Positions 1 to 9,896 of a stretch of 64,000 nt of DNA are shown in pieces; positions within the stretch are counted from its first letter, which is position 1, and every line of letters starts with the position of its first letter. Location: assembly GCA_050287085.1 (NCBI GenBank), contig JBNKBE010000012.1, positions 1-64,000 on the forward strand, given 5' to 3'. The position numbers were made by a program, and so were the translations under genes. The notes beneath the pieces were generated by a model. The model worked only from the letters and a program-made list of their open reading frames with translations, did no database searches and was not told the origin of the DNA. This stretch comes from Polyangiaceae bacterium. GTDB taxonomy: Bacteria; Myxococcota_A; Polyangia; Polyangiales; Polyangiaceae.

Positions 1-247
1 CGGGAGGAGGAGGCAACACCATGCCACCACCGTTGCTCGTCCCAGCCGAATTCCCGGCGGCGCCACCGGCTCCGGCCTTATCCCCACCGCCACCGGCTGT
101 TGCGCTTCCAGCGCTGCCCGCCTGCGGACCGACAGTACCGGGATTGTCCGTTTTGCCAGAACAAGCCGTCAAGGAGCTTGTCCCGAGCACCACAAGCGCG
201 GCGCTCAGGGGTGTTTTGATGCCCTGCCTGGGTTGTTGCATCCTCAT
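1..247 (-). CDS. Lipoprotein with Gly/Ala-rich linker, N-terminal part only (runs off window start)
   Basis: Not in ORF track. Manual translation gives MRMQQPRQGIKTPLSAALVVLGTSSLTACSGKTDNPG...GSAGSATAGGGG, with lipobox LTAC, a GGAGGGAG RBS before ATG 247 and no stop before the edge. Confidence 0.75.
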   Translation of the reverse strand, partial: MRMQQPRQGIKTPLSAALVVLGTSSLTACSGKTDNPGTVGPQAGSAGSATAGGGGDKAGAGGAAGNSAGTSNGGGMVLPPPP

Positions 248-514
248 CCTCTCCCTCCAATCGTTAACTCGAAGGCTCGGCCACGCTAAAAAAGCAGCGC
301 GACCGAAAGACACTCAACATGGTCCATCAAATCGTCCTTCCGCCTTCTTCCCAGGCAACTAATTTTCGCAAAACTCTCAATCAGCACAAATCTCAAGCAC
401 CAACGTCGTTCACCCCCCACAGTCTCTAGGCCCCGCGCATGGGAAGTTCATACTGCGCCGGCCGCTCCTCTCGCTGCGGCGGGCGGGCTCGTCGCTGTCG
501 TTCTGCAAGCGTTC

Positions 515-2077
515 CTAAACGCCGCCCCAAGCGCCCTCGATAGGCGCTGCGCCGCTCTTGTTGAACACCTCGTCCTGCAGCGTGGACAGCGGATCCGCCC
601 CCAGGAAGGGCTGCGCTGTCGTCAGCCAAATGCTGTTGTGATGGGTCGTTACCCGCTGAAACCCACCCGGCTTCATGCCCAACTTGGAACCGCCGATGAT
701 GAGCCCCGCGGCGCCGTTGCGATCGACAGACGGGTTACCCACCTCGCTGACCATCGTGATGACGGTTCGATCCAGTAGGCTGCCACCGTCTGAGGCCAGT
801 GGATCGGGCGTTGCCAGGAAGTCCTTGATGAACTTCGCCGTGTGCTCAAAGTACCAGCGCTGAACACTGACCATGGCATCCCAGACGTAGGTGCTCTCAG
901 TTGGGCGCGGACCCTGATAGAAAGGGGAGCTCGGGACGCGATGGCTGAGCGGGTGATGCTTCCAGATGCGTTCCGGCTCGTTCGGGTCGATGCCCTTGAA
1001 GCCTACGTGATTGGTTCCGGGTGACCACTCGAAGGTACCGACGCGAATCAGGTCACACGCCATGGCCGAACGGATGATGCTGGCGTGCGCCGCCCCTACC
1101 TCCGCATGTAGCGGGGCGTCGTCCTTGATGCTCTCCGGATTGCCGTAGTCCGGGTTCACGTTACTGCTCTCTCCAACCAACTCCGTCGGCGGCATCAAGG
1201 GCACCTCGCATGCGGCGGCCGCTGGCGGATGGTTGATTTGCTCCGAAAGCTGCATTTCCAACTTCCGGATGATCTCAGCATGCGCGTCGATCTTGGAACG
1301 CTCATTGGCAGGAGCCAACTGTGACAGGCGCGCAAGCTCCCCTTGCGCATGGTCCAGCACGCTCCTACGCTGCTTGAGCAAGCGCAGAGCGTCCCTATCT
1401 GTCATGGCACTGCCCGCCTGAAAGCCGCCGAATAGGTCGTTGTATGCCGCCAACGGACTCAGCGTCGGAAGCAGCGGCTCGTTTTCCAAGATCATTCCCC
1501 CGGGAAAGGCCGATTCGATCGATTGCTGCCGGTAGCCGTACGACAGACAACGGGTCGAAGTCTCGTAACTGTCAACCCGTGCGTCGCAGATGACGTTGTA
1601 GTATTCACGACCGCCGCTCTTGAGACTGTCGGCGTGTTTGAGCAGAATCTGGTCCCAAGACGGTCCGCCCGCGCAAGCGTCGTCAGTTTCACCGCCGTTG
1701 GCGCGCGTTCCAGGACCGCTGGCACCGGTTGTCGAGAACGGTGTCCCCGCTTCATGACCCCCGCCACCAGGACATTGCATCCCAGTCATGTTGAAGCCCA
1801 AGAAGATGTGGGTGAGGGGCTTCAGCTCCGGCGTGGCAAAAGGAGCGATGATGTACCCCGCTTCGCCATGGGTCTCCGATACGGTGTAGTCAGCCCCAGT
1901 ACCGGTCGGGACCAATGCATATTGGAGCGACCCACAGGGCCAACTGACCATCAGAAAACGAGCCGCTGAACCCGCGCCCTCGGCAGCGGCCTCCATATTG
2001 CGAAGGATAGCACCGTAGCCAACAGCTCCGCCGACAGCGGCGAGAAACGAGCGCCGCGCGACGCGATAAGATCTCAT
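515..2077 (-). CDS. DUF1552-family protein with Tat signal
   Basis: Tat motif RRSFL; family-like motifs GGGHEAG, GPSWDQ, RRSVLD, KIDAH, ACDLIRV, SLLDRT; GGAGGGAG RBS. Confidence 0.8.
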   Translation of the reverse strand: MRSYRVARRSFLAAVGGAVGYGAILRNMEAAAEGAGSAARFLMVSWPCGSLQYALVPTGTGADYTVSETHGEAGYIIAPFATPELKPLTHIFLGFNMTGMQCPGGGGHEAGTPFSTTGASGPGTRANGGETDDACAGGPSWDQILLKHADSLKSGGREYYNVICDARVDSYETSTRCLSYGYRQQSIESAFPGGMILENEPLLPTLSPLAAYNDLFGGFQAGSAMTDRDALRLLKQRRSVLDHAQGELARLSQLAPANERSKIDAHAEIIRKLEMQLSEQINHPPAAAACEVPLMPPTELVGESSNVNPDYGNPESIKDDAPLHAEVGAAHASIIRSAMACDLIRVGTFEWSPGTNHVGFKGIDPNEPERIWKHHPLSHRVPSSPFYQGPRPTESTYVWDAMVSVQRWYFEHTAKFIKDFLATPDPLASDGGSLLDRTVITMVSEVGNPSVDRNGAAGLIIGGSKLGMKPGGFQRVTTHHNSIWLTTAQPFLGADPLSTLQDEVFNKSGAAPIEGAWGGV

Positions 2078-2307
2078 GCCTGTCTCCCTCCGACACCTGT
2101 CATTTTTCGCCCACCCTGAACTTGCCGTGTCTCGACGCCACTGGCTACTGGATGCGGCCCACCAACACTAATTCGGTTAATCGTCGCATCAGCGCGGTCT
2201 CAGGCAAAAAAGTCGGCGGGCCGCCGCTGGGCCCGCGACAACGTCGTCTAGGTCGAGCGGCAACCTTGCTCGAGCGGCAACTTTCTGGTGCCACAATAGG
2301 ACCCAAA

Positions 2308-2487
2308 CTAGGGCGACGCGGCTTCGCTTCGAGCTGCCTCGAGCTGCCGCTTGACTTCGCTCATGTCGAGCGCCTTGGCGAAAGCCACGTCCGCGTGGAC
2401 GTTCGCGGCCTTCTCGAAAATCGGAGCAAACCTGCGACAGGGGCCGCACCAAGGAGCCCAGCATCGACCAATACGACGCCCTCCTGG
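2308..2487 (-). pseudogene. Degraded thioredoxin
   Basis: QEGVVLVD is one base out of frame with [19 protein letters not shown]; the 5' end is missing; FAK joins directly to the C-terminal [11 protein letters not shown], implying an internal deletion. Confidence 0.75.
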
Positions 2488-2538
2488 GAAGTCCGGCCTA
2501 GCCCTGCCGCTCACCACGCCGGGAGACGTGACCCGACA

Positions 2539-3627
2539 CTATAGGCGATACCTCCGAATCCCCGAGCTCAGATTGTAGACGGCTCCGTCATGGAGTCCCA
2601 GTACCCAATCGGCCTGCCAAGAACTACACGCGTCCCAAACGCGGGCCTCGAGTTCACCGTCAACGCCCAGAAGGTAGCAGACGTTGCTATCGCTGAACAT
2701 CACCTGGCTCCCGGACGCCATTACGATGTCCTGGCTGAAACACCCAGGACGGTCCACCTGTTCGGGCTTGCCCCCCGCTTTGGCAACCCGCATGACTTTC
2801 GTTATCTCACCGCTGCGGTCTAGCCCATAGACGTACTTTCCCTGAGTCACCATTTGAGCCCAGTGGGCGCTAGCAACACGCTCAACGGTGCCGTCGCTCT
2901 TGGCCACCCGCCACAACGTAGCGTCCGGATGTTCGTCGGTCTCTGGGTCGAGCTCACCCCTCGCCATCACGAATACGGAATCATCATCTTGCGCGAGATT
3001 GTCCGGGCAAAGAAATCCGCTGGCCAGCTCCGAACGTTCGTCGGATTGCAAGTCAATCGTCACCAGAATTCCATCCTCGAGATCGCAGAAAACGCTGGGT
3101 GCCGCGATGGTGTAGGCGTGTGTCTTGTCGGTGAGCACGGTGCGCCCCACGGATAGAGGATACCCCCCGACATGAACCGAACGCATCTCGCCCCCATCTT
3201 TGGGGAGAATGTAGAGCGATTCGCCTCCCCTTGCGTACACGGCCTCGGGTGCCACCTCAAAGTCTGACCAGGTGTCACCGTCGAACTCTCCAACGAGCTC
3301 AACAGCTCCGCCTGCGAGCGGCGCACGGTACACGGCCGTCTCGTCCGACAACACGTAGATGTAGTCTGCGTCGAAACGCGGATAAGAGGGGTCCACAAGC
3401 TCCGACTCTTCTTCGACAAGCACCTCCTCTTCCGGCTGCAACTCCACCAGGTCGTCGTAGAGGCACGCTGTCATCAAGTCGTCGCTGTCCGCTGCGCCAT
3501 CGCTCCCGACAGACGTTTCGCGCGTCTCCTCGCCCACCTCGACGTCGTGCGGCGTGCCGCCGCCGTTACCGCAACCCGTAGCCAGCACTGCGGCGACTCC
3601 CAACACACCCAACGCTGCTCGATCCAT
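2539..3627 (-). CDS. Lipoprotein, probable beta-propeller (DUF5050-like)
   Basis: Start re-set to MDRAALGVLGVAAVLATGC (lipobox); repeated DxxxVY / xxRxxKxGG blade-like motifs. Confidence 0.65.
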   Translation of the reverse strand: MDRAALGVLGVAAVLATGCGNGGGTPHDVEVGEETRETSVGSDGAADSDDLMTACLYDDLVELQPEEEVLVEEESELVDPSYPRFDADYIYVLSDETAVYRAPLAGGAVELVGEFDGDTWSDFEVAPEAVYARGGESLYILPKDGGEMRSVHVGGYPLSVGRTVLTDKTHAYTIAAPSVFCDLEDGILVTIDLQSDERSELASGFLCPDNLAQDDDSVFVMARGELDPETDEHPDATLWRVAKSDGTVERVASAHWAQMVTQGKYVYGLDRSGEITKVMRVAKAGGKPEQVDRPGCFSQDIVMASGSQVMFSDSNVCYLLGVDGELEARVWDACSSWQADWVLGLHDGAVYNLSSGIRRYRL

Positions 3628-4156
3628 ATCGTCTTCCTGCTCCTTGAATGCCCGCGTCTTCCCTGCTACCTCTGTAGGTGCCTGGCGCCGGCAGCTGCAT
3701 GGCCCCACCTGTGCACCCACCCGCCATGACCTGTAGCGCATCTGACGCCTGATAACCACTCCAAGGACGCCTTGGGTGTCTCATCGGTCTTGGGAACTGC
3801 GCCGCCTCCGACTCGATGCACAGGGGCGTGGTCGGCATTCCTGATTGTTCATCACTCAGACCTAGCAGCCCCGTCCGCATGCACGCCCAAACGACTATTC
3901 ATGAACAGGAGCCGAGCGTCCGAGCCCGCCCCAAACAAGAAGCCAATGCGCGCCGATTCAGAGGGCCATGCGCGCGCCAAGTGCCGCTTGCTTCGAACTC
4001 CCATGGCGTCACAGTCGAGCGTTGGAACAATTCGGTCAGTCTCTTGCGAGACGCCCGGCGAAGGCCAGCTCCACCCTGTGCACCTGGCTCTTTGACGCCT
4101 CTGAGACTAGTATTGTCGACGGCTCGCCAGCTACGGCAGGCCAAGAATGCACTGCC

Positions 4157-4516
4157 ATGATGAATCGGTTCACAATCGCGTTCCTGTTGCTCTTGGTCTC
4201 GAGCTGCCGCTCTTCGCCTGCTGTGCAAGAACCGCAAGAAGAGCAAGAACCGCAACGGACCGGGGCCTATTCCGAAGTTCCTTCAACCGACGAGGACGTC
4301 GTTGCCGCCGCCAAACAGGCCCTGGAACTCCTGCGCGTCCGAGCGAATGATGATTCGCTCACGCTGCGTGCCATCGTTCATGCGGAGCAGCAGGTGGTCG
4401 CTGGACTCAACACCAAGCTGACCTTGCAACTGAGTAGCGCAACCGGTGAGCAAAGAGTCACGGTCGTAGTCTACCGCAACCTGCGCGACGAATACGTGCT
4501 CACCAGTGTGGAGTAG
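4157..4516 (+). CDS. Cystatin-domain lipoprotein (cysteine protease inhibitor-like)
   Basis: MMNRFTIAFLLLLVSSC signal and lipobox; N-terminal Gly motif TGAYSEV; cystatin signature QQVVAG (QxVxG). Confidence 0.75.
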   Translation: MMNRFTIAFLLLLVSSCRSSPAVQEPQEEQEPQRTGAYSEVPSTDEDVVAAAKQALELLRVRANDDSLTLRAIVHAEQQVVAGLNTKLTLQLSSATGEQRVTVVVYRNLRDEYVLTSVE

Positions 4517-4748
4517 CCTCAGTCCGTCTTTGGTCTAAATCGGCGCGTTCACCTGTGAGGCTTCCGCGCGACCTTACACGCAGCGCAGGAGCTCTTCCTG
4601 GCTGCGACTAACACATGAGCTCGGTACGCCGGTCCCAATGGGCTCGCTGTGGCTGGGCGCGAGCCCATTGAAGGCAAGCTCTGAAAGCGTAACCGACTTC
4701 ATGCAGAGCTTGCCTCGTCGGCGTCCAATGAGGTGCCGACTCGAGTGC

Positions 4749-5798
4749 CTACAACACCTCCCAGCGCTGCGACTCCGCAGAACGGAATAGGGCGTCGATG
4801 ACCTTCATGTTCGCGACGGCACTCGCCATGTCGTTCTGGATAGGCGCCCCCGTACGAATTGCCTTGGAAAAGGCCTGCCACTGCTCCGTGTAGTGGTTGG
4901 TATTGGGTAGCTCGATGGTCTCTCGACGCTCGCCCGAGTCTTCCGCTACTGTGAAGTCCGGCGCGCCCACGAACCCGCCGTCGACGTAGATCTTGCAGGG
5001 ACGGTTGTGCGGCGCATTGAAGGGAATCTCAACCTCGATATGCCCAGTGGTACCAAAGATGTGCACACGCTGGTACGGGACATGCTGTGTGCCCACGACA
5101 AAACTGGCTTGACCGGTACCGAAGTCCAGCAGAGCGCTAGATAGGCGATCACATTGGCTCGCCGGGTCGAGGTCACACGCGCCCACCACACGCTTCGGCT
5201 CGCTCCCGAATACGAGCCGCGCGGTGTTGATGCAATAGCTGCCAATATCGTAGAGCGCGCCGCCCCCGACGGCTCTTTGATTGCGAATATTGTCCAGGTC
5301 CGTATTGGTGTAGGAAAACGCACTTTGGACGGCGCGAACGTCGCCAATGCGCCCCGCAGCGATAAGTTCCCGCACCTTCGCCCACTGAGGATGGTAGCGC
5401 ACCATCACGCCTTCAGCGATGAGCATGCCCGTCTCACGTTGCACCTGAGCCAGTTCTTGTGCCTCTGCAGCATTCATGGCGATGGGCTTCTCGCACAGGA
5501 CGTGTTTGCCAGCGCGGGCCGCGCGGCTCGACCAGGGCACGTGCTGATTGCCCGGCAGCGGAATGTAGACAGCCTCGATCTCAGGATCGGCGAGCAGTTC
5601 TTCGTAGCTGCCATACGCAACAGGAATCGCAGCCGACTCGGCCGAAGCTTTCGCCTTGTCGAGAGAACGCGAAGCGATCGCACGAATCTCAACGCACGGC
5701 GCGTTGCGCATGCCTGGAATGGCTGCCATCAGCGCAAAGTGGCTCGTCCCAAGCACTCCCCAGACAACGGGCTTTTCATCACAAGTCTCTTCAACCAT
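4749..5798 (-). CDS. Gfo/Idh/MocA family oxidoreductase
   Basis: WGVLG Rossmann start, GKHVLCEKP, GGGALYDIGSY. Confidence 0.92.
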   Translation of the reverse strand: MVEETCDEKPVVWGVLGTSHFALMAAIPGMRNAPCVEIRAIASRSLDKAKASAESAAIPVAYGSYEELLADPEIEAVYIPLPGNQHVPWSSRAARAGKHVLCEKPIAMNAAEAQELAQVQRETGMLIAEGVMVRYHPQWAKVRELIAAGRIGDVRAVQSAFSYTNTDLDNIRNQRAVGGGALYDIGSYCINTARLVFGSEPKRVVGACDLDPASQCDRLSSALLDFGTGQASFVVGTQHVPYQRVHIFGTTGHIEVEIPFNAPHNRPCKIYVDGGFVGAPDFTVAEDSGERRETIELPNTNHYTEQWQAFSKAIRTGAPIQNDMASAVANMKVIDALFRSAESQRWEVL

Positions 5799-6093
5799 GC
5801 GCGCATGGTAGCCGCACTTCGCCTCGAGACCAACAGGCTAGCTCCCGAGACGCAGCCCCTCGGTAGCACCCCAACCGCGCGGCCCGGGCCCAAAGCCCCT
5901 GCCCCCGGATAGCATAAACGCGCTAGTCCCAGTGCAGCGTGGAACCGATCCGAAAACGCTACGCGCTCGTATCGCCCCAAGCGCTGAGGCCGCCCCGCCC
6001 GGCGAACTACCGCGTTGCAGTGGGCCTGCCCCCCCTCGTCCGGTGCCAGCGCTCTCGCAGTCCACTGCGCCGTTTCCCTCAGGCACGCGCCCA

Positions 6094-6876
6094 CTAGGGC
6101 GTGGGAGGGTCTTGCGATACGCCGGACGCTGCACTCGACGGCGGAGCCACGTTTGCTGGCGCAGCGCTGGGGTCCGTCGTACCCGCCCCACTACTAGCCC
6201 CTTGCTCCGCCACCAAAGTGGGCGCGGACGCCGAAACGGGCGTCGCTACGGGCGTCGCTAGCGACATAGGATCAACCCGCGCTGTCCCTAACCCTTCACG
6301 ATCCTGAGAATGGCGCGAGATCAAGTAACTCCAGCGCGTCTTGTTCCCGTAGATCGCCTTGGTGTGCGTTAGCATCGACGTCTCCGCCCAGGGATTGCTC
6401 ATCGGAACGTAGGGCTTGTGTATCGACGCCGGTACATCCACTCGGACGAGGCATGCCGTGCTTCGACACGCGACCGATTGCAGGCTGGCCCCCTGCGCTT
6501 TGATGTGCCCAATGGCGAACTGCAGCAGCGGGCCCTGGCGCAGACGAATCCACTTCTTATCATTCGGTTCCTGCTCAAAAGCGTCGATACGCTCCTGCCA
6601 GCTCGGCTCTACCGTGGCCGCTGCGCTGCTAGGCGGGCTGGCTTCAACCGAGCTGACCGGCCCTTCCTGCGCCCTTCGGCTTTCCTCAGCCTGGCGATCT
6701 GCGACTTTGAGTGCGTCAATCTCGTGGCGGAGCGCAGTGATCTCGGCTCGGAGCCGCGCCATCTCGTCTGGATGTTGCGAGCACCCCAACACTGAGCACG
6801 ACGCGACTGCGGCCAATACGCCGATTCCGATTCGAGAGCCCCGCAGCGCAGCGCCCATGGCATTGTCCAGAGTCAT
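6094..6876 (-). CDS. Hypothetical lipoprotein with coiled coil
   Basis: Lipobox VLGC, heptad segment, EPNDKKW...CRSTAC motif, low-complexity tail. Confidence 0.65.
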   Translation of the reverse strand: MTLDNAMGAALRGSRIGIGVLAAVASCSVLGCSQHPDEMARLRAEITALRHEIDALKVADRQAEESRRAQEGPVSSVEASPPSSAAATVEPSWQERIDAFEQEPNDKKWIRLRQGPLLQFAIGHIKAQGASLQSVACRSTACLVRVDVPASIHKPYVPMSNPWAETSMLTHTKAIYGNKTRWSYLISRHSQDREGLGTARVDPMSLATPVATPVSASAPTLVAEQGASSGAGTTDPSAAPANVAPPSSAASGVSQDPPTP

Positions 6877-7097
6877 CGTTTCCCTCCAGCCTCAGTTCCG
6901 CCGCCAGGCTTCGCTTCCGCTGCTTGCATTCCGCCGCTTGCCTTCCACCGCCAGGAGCTACAAAGGTACTCGTCTATCCTAGGAGCACGGCGCAGGGTCT
7001 GCAACGCTGAACAGCCATTGCGGTACTCATGGGTACCCCTTGACCAACACTGTCCATGTGCCCTCCAACTGCTGGGAAGACGACCCGGCGCGCGTGC

Positions 7098-8684
7098 TCA
7101 GGCGCGCTTGCGTTCTAGCTCAGGTCGCTCTCGAGTCAACGCGTCCCTCAAGCGCTTGAGGTTGATGGGCTTCGTTAGGTAGTCGTTCATGCCAGCTGCA
7201 AGACATCGTTCGCGTTCTCCCTGCAGAACATGGGCCGTCATTGCAATGATATGAAGGTCGCAGGCGGGGGGACTCAATTGTCGAATGCGGCGTGTAGCCT
7301 CGTAGCCATCCATTTCGGGCATCTGGCAATCCATGAAAACGACGTCGTAGCTGCGCGTTCGCACTCGTTCCAGCGCTTCAAAGCCATTGCCAGCAACGTC
7401 CACCTGCCAGTCTAGCTTCCGCAAGAACCGCGTCGCAACCAGCTGATTGGTCGCGTTGTCCTCCACCAGCAGAGCAACACCAGCTGAAACCGGCCGAGTT
7501 GTGGACAGGACCTGGCAGTCCTCAAGCTCCGACTCTTCGTCGTGCGGGCCAATTGCAGTTGGCGCGTGCCAATCGAATGTGAATACGGAACCGACCCCGC
7601 TCTCACTTGCAACCGAGACGGTGCCCCCCATCAACTCTGCCAGACTTCGACTGATCGAGAGTCCCAGACCGGTCCCGCCGAAACGACGAGCCGTGCTCGC
7701 GTCTTCCTGAACGAACTGCTGAAACAGACGAGAAGGGTCGGCAATACCGATGCCGGTGTCTCTCACAGCAGCCGTTAGTCGTTCGCTTGCTCCATCATAC
7801 GACACGCGAACGCGCACCGCTCCGTCACAAGTGAACTTAATGGCGTTTCCTATCAAGTTCGTGAGCACCTGCCGCACCCGGGTAGAATCCAGTTTCACAA
7901 ACTGCGGAACGCTCGGCTCAATACAAAGCTCGAAGCTCACGCGAGCACTATTGACGCGTGGACGGAGAAGCTCCGTTACCTGAAGCAGAAGACGATGTAG
8001 ATCTGTCACCAGCGGTTCGATTGCAAGTTTGCCCGCCTCAATCTTCGAGAAGTCGAGCACGTCGTTGATCACAGCGAGAAGTGCCTCACCCGACTCGCGG
8101 ATAGTCCGAACATACTCGGCTTGCTCGGTGCTGAGTCCGGTGTGGGTAAGGAGCTCCGCCACGCCGAGCACTCCATTCATCGGCGTACGGATCTCGTGGC
8201 TCATGTTTGTCAGAAAGGCTCTTTCCGCATTTCTCGCATTTTCCGCCTCGATGCTCTTCGCTCTCAGCCGCTGCTCGCGATGCACACTCGCCGTCACATC
8301 CTCAATCTGAAGCACACAGTGGCGCTCACCCTCCGAGTCATTGACCGCATACAGCTTGATCGCCTGTTCAACGGTTCGAGCGCCGAAAGCGTCGGCCGGG
8401 TCTCGCGGATTGAATAGAGGCAGAGCGTGCTTGTGCAGTGCTTGCGAAAAGACCACGGGCTGCCCGGTTGCCAGGACTTGCTTCGTTGCAACCGCCAGCG
8501 GACTGCCCGCGAAACCCTCGAACAAGTCTTCCAGCGCGGTACCCAAAGCACGCTCCCGTCCGATCCCGGCGTGCGCACACATCCAGTCATTCCACCCCAC
8601 GACCACGGCGGATGTATCCAATACGACAACGCCGATTGGCATCCGAGAAATGATTCCTAGCGCCAGATCACCGCTTGTATCCAT
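7098..8684 (-). CDS. PAS-domain hybrid sensor histidine kinase/response regulator (cytoplasmic)
   Basis: N-terminal PAS; H-box MSHEIRTPMNG; N-box NLIGNAIKFT; DTGIG and GGTGLGL boxes; receiver VEDN...MDCQMPEMDG...KP. Confidence 0.93.
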   Translation of the reverse strand: MDTSGDLALGIISRMPIGVVVLDTSAVVVGWNDWMCAHAGIGRERALGTALEDLFEGFAGSPLAVATKQVLATGQPVVFSQALHKHALPLFNPRDPADAFGARTVEQAIKLYAVNDSEGERHCVLQIEDVTASVHREQRLRAKSIEAENARNAERAFLTNMSHEIRTPMNGVLGVAELLTHTGLSTEQAEYVRTIRESGEALLAVINDVLDFSKIEAGKLAIEPLVTDLHRLLLQVTELLRPRVNSARVSFELCIEPSVPQFVKLDSTRVRQVLTNLIGNAIKFTCDGAVRVRVSYDGASERLTAAVRDTGIGIADPSRLFQQFVQEDASTARRFGGTGLGLSISRSLAELMGGTVSVASESGVGSVFTFDWHAPTAIGPHDEESELEDCQVLSTTRPVSAGVALLVEDNATNQLVATRFLRKLDWQVDVAGNGFEALERVRTRSYDVVFMDCQMPEMDGYEATRRIRQLSPPACDLHIIAMTAHVLQGERERCLAAGMNDYLTKPINLKRLRDALTRERPELERKRA

Positions 8685-8842
8685 GCCACCGACAAGACGA
8701 CCGAGACGGCCGTGGATGAAGGTATTTTCACCGATTTTCCCTAGCCGAAACCGATTGTCATTAAGAAGCGCTCCCCTCGGCCGCTTTGCCTGGCAGTCGC
8801 GGCGTCAGAAGCGTCGATCCACCTGCGCCAACCCGCAGCCTC

Positions 8843-9208
8843 ATGAGCAACCTTCGAGCACTTATTGTTGACGACAGCGCTTTTTCACGCTCCATCGTGG
8901 CCAAGTTCCTGCAAGAGGAACGTCCAGCGTGGAGCCTAGACCAAGCCGGTGATGGGGAGGTCGCTCTGCAGCAGTGCGTGACGAATGCATACGACCTGAT
9001 CACCATCGACATGCACATGCCGAAGATGAACGGTCTCGCCCTTGCCCAGGCGCTTCAGGAGCGGGACCCCACAACGCCTCTGGTGCTCGTCACCGCCAAC
9101 GTGCAGAACGCGGTCCGGGAGCGAGCTGAAGCCATGAAGCTTAGGTTCGTCGCAAAGCCCCTTACAGCCGTCAAAATCGCGTCCGTTCTTGCGGAGCTCT
9201 CGCTATGA
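8843..9208 (+). CDS. Single-domain response regulator (CheY-like)
   Basis: LIVDDS, IDMHMPKMNG, VTAN, KP; start re-set to MSNLRAL. Confidence 0.9.
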   Translation: MSNLRALIVDDSAFSRSIVAKFLQEERPAWSLDQAGDGEVALQQCVTNAYDLITIDMHMPKMNGLALAQALQERDPTTPLVLVTANVQNAVRERAEAMKLRFVAKPLTAVKIASVLAELSL

Positions 9209-9816
9209 CCTCGCTCGGCGAAGAGTCGCTGAACGAAAGGGAGCGCGACGCCGTTCAAGAAGTCTTCAATATCGGGGTTGGTGCGTCCGCTTCAGCTTTG
9301 TCCATCCTGCTGGGGGAAGAGGTGCTTGTTGGCGTTCCGCGAATGGACGTCCTCGGCGTAGATATGCTCCCTGCCGTATCGGTGCGCTCTCGCGTCGTCT
9401 ACGCCATCGACCAGCAATTCGCGACGCCCTTCGGAGATGGCACCGCTCTGCTCATGTTTCCCGAAGAGCAGTGTCTCGAGCTTCTCTTCGCATTGACCGG
9501 AGAAGCGTCCGTCGATGCCGAACTTTCTGAGCTGGAGCAAGAAGCCTTGAAGGAAACCGGCAACATCATTCTCAACGCATGTATCGCGGCCCTCAGCAAC
9601 ATGGTCGGCCGGGAACTTGAAGTGCAGCTGCCGAACTTTTTCCGCGGCCCCCGCGACACCTTGCTGAACCCCAGCGGCGACACCTACAATTCAGCGTTGG
9701 TGCTGGCCATTCGCCTCGAGCTCCGAGAACGCCAAGTCTCCGGCGAGCTAGGATTCATTCTCACGCTCGAATCAGTGCGGGGTCTTGCTCGCAACATCCT
9801 CGCGCAATCAGCCTGA
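9205..9816 (+). CDS. cheC: CheC-family CheY-P phosphatase
   Basis: Two E-x2-N motifs (QEVFNIG, KETGNII); 4-bp overlap with the receiver gene. Confidence 0.85.
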   Translation: MTSLGEESLNERERDAVQEVFNIGVGASASALSILLGEEVLVGVPRMDVLGVDMLPAVSVRSRVVYAIDQQFATPFGDGTALLMFPEEQCLELLFALTGEASVDAELSELEQEALKETGNIILNACIAALSNMVGRELEVQLPNFFRGPRDTLLNPSGDTYNSALVLAIRLELRERQVSGELGFILTLESVRGLARNILAQSA

Positions 9817-9896
9817 GAAGCGCCCGCGCGACGACGGCGCTACCAGGGCTCCCACTTGAATCGCACAGAGGCTCAGATGAAGCTCAAATCGATGCC

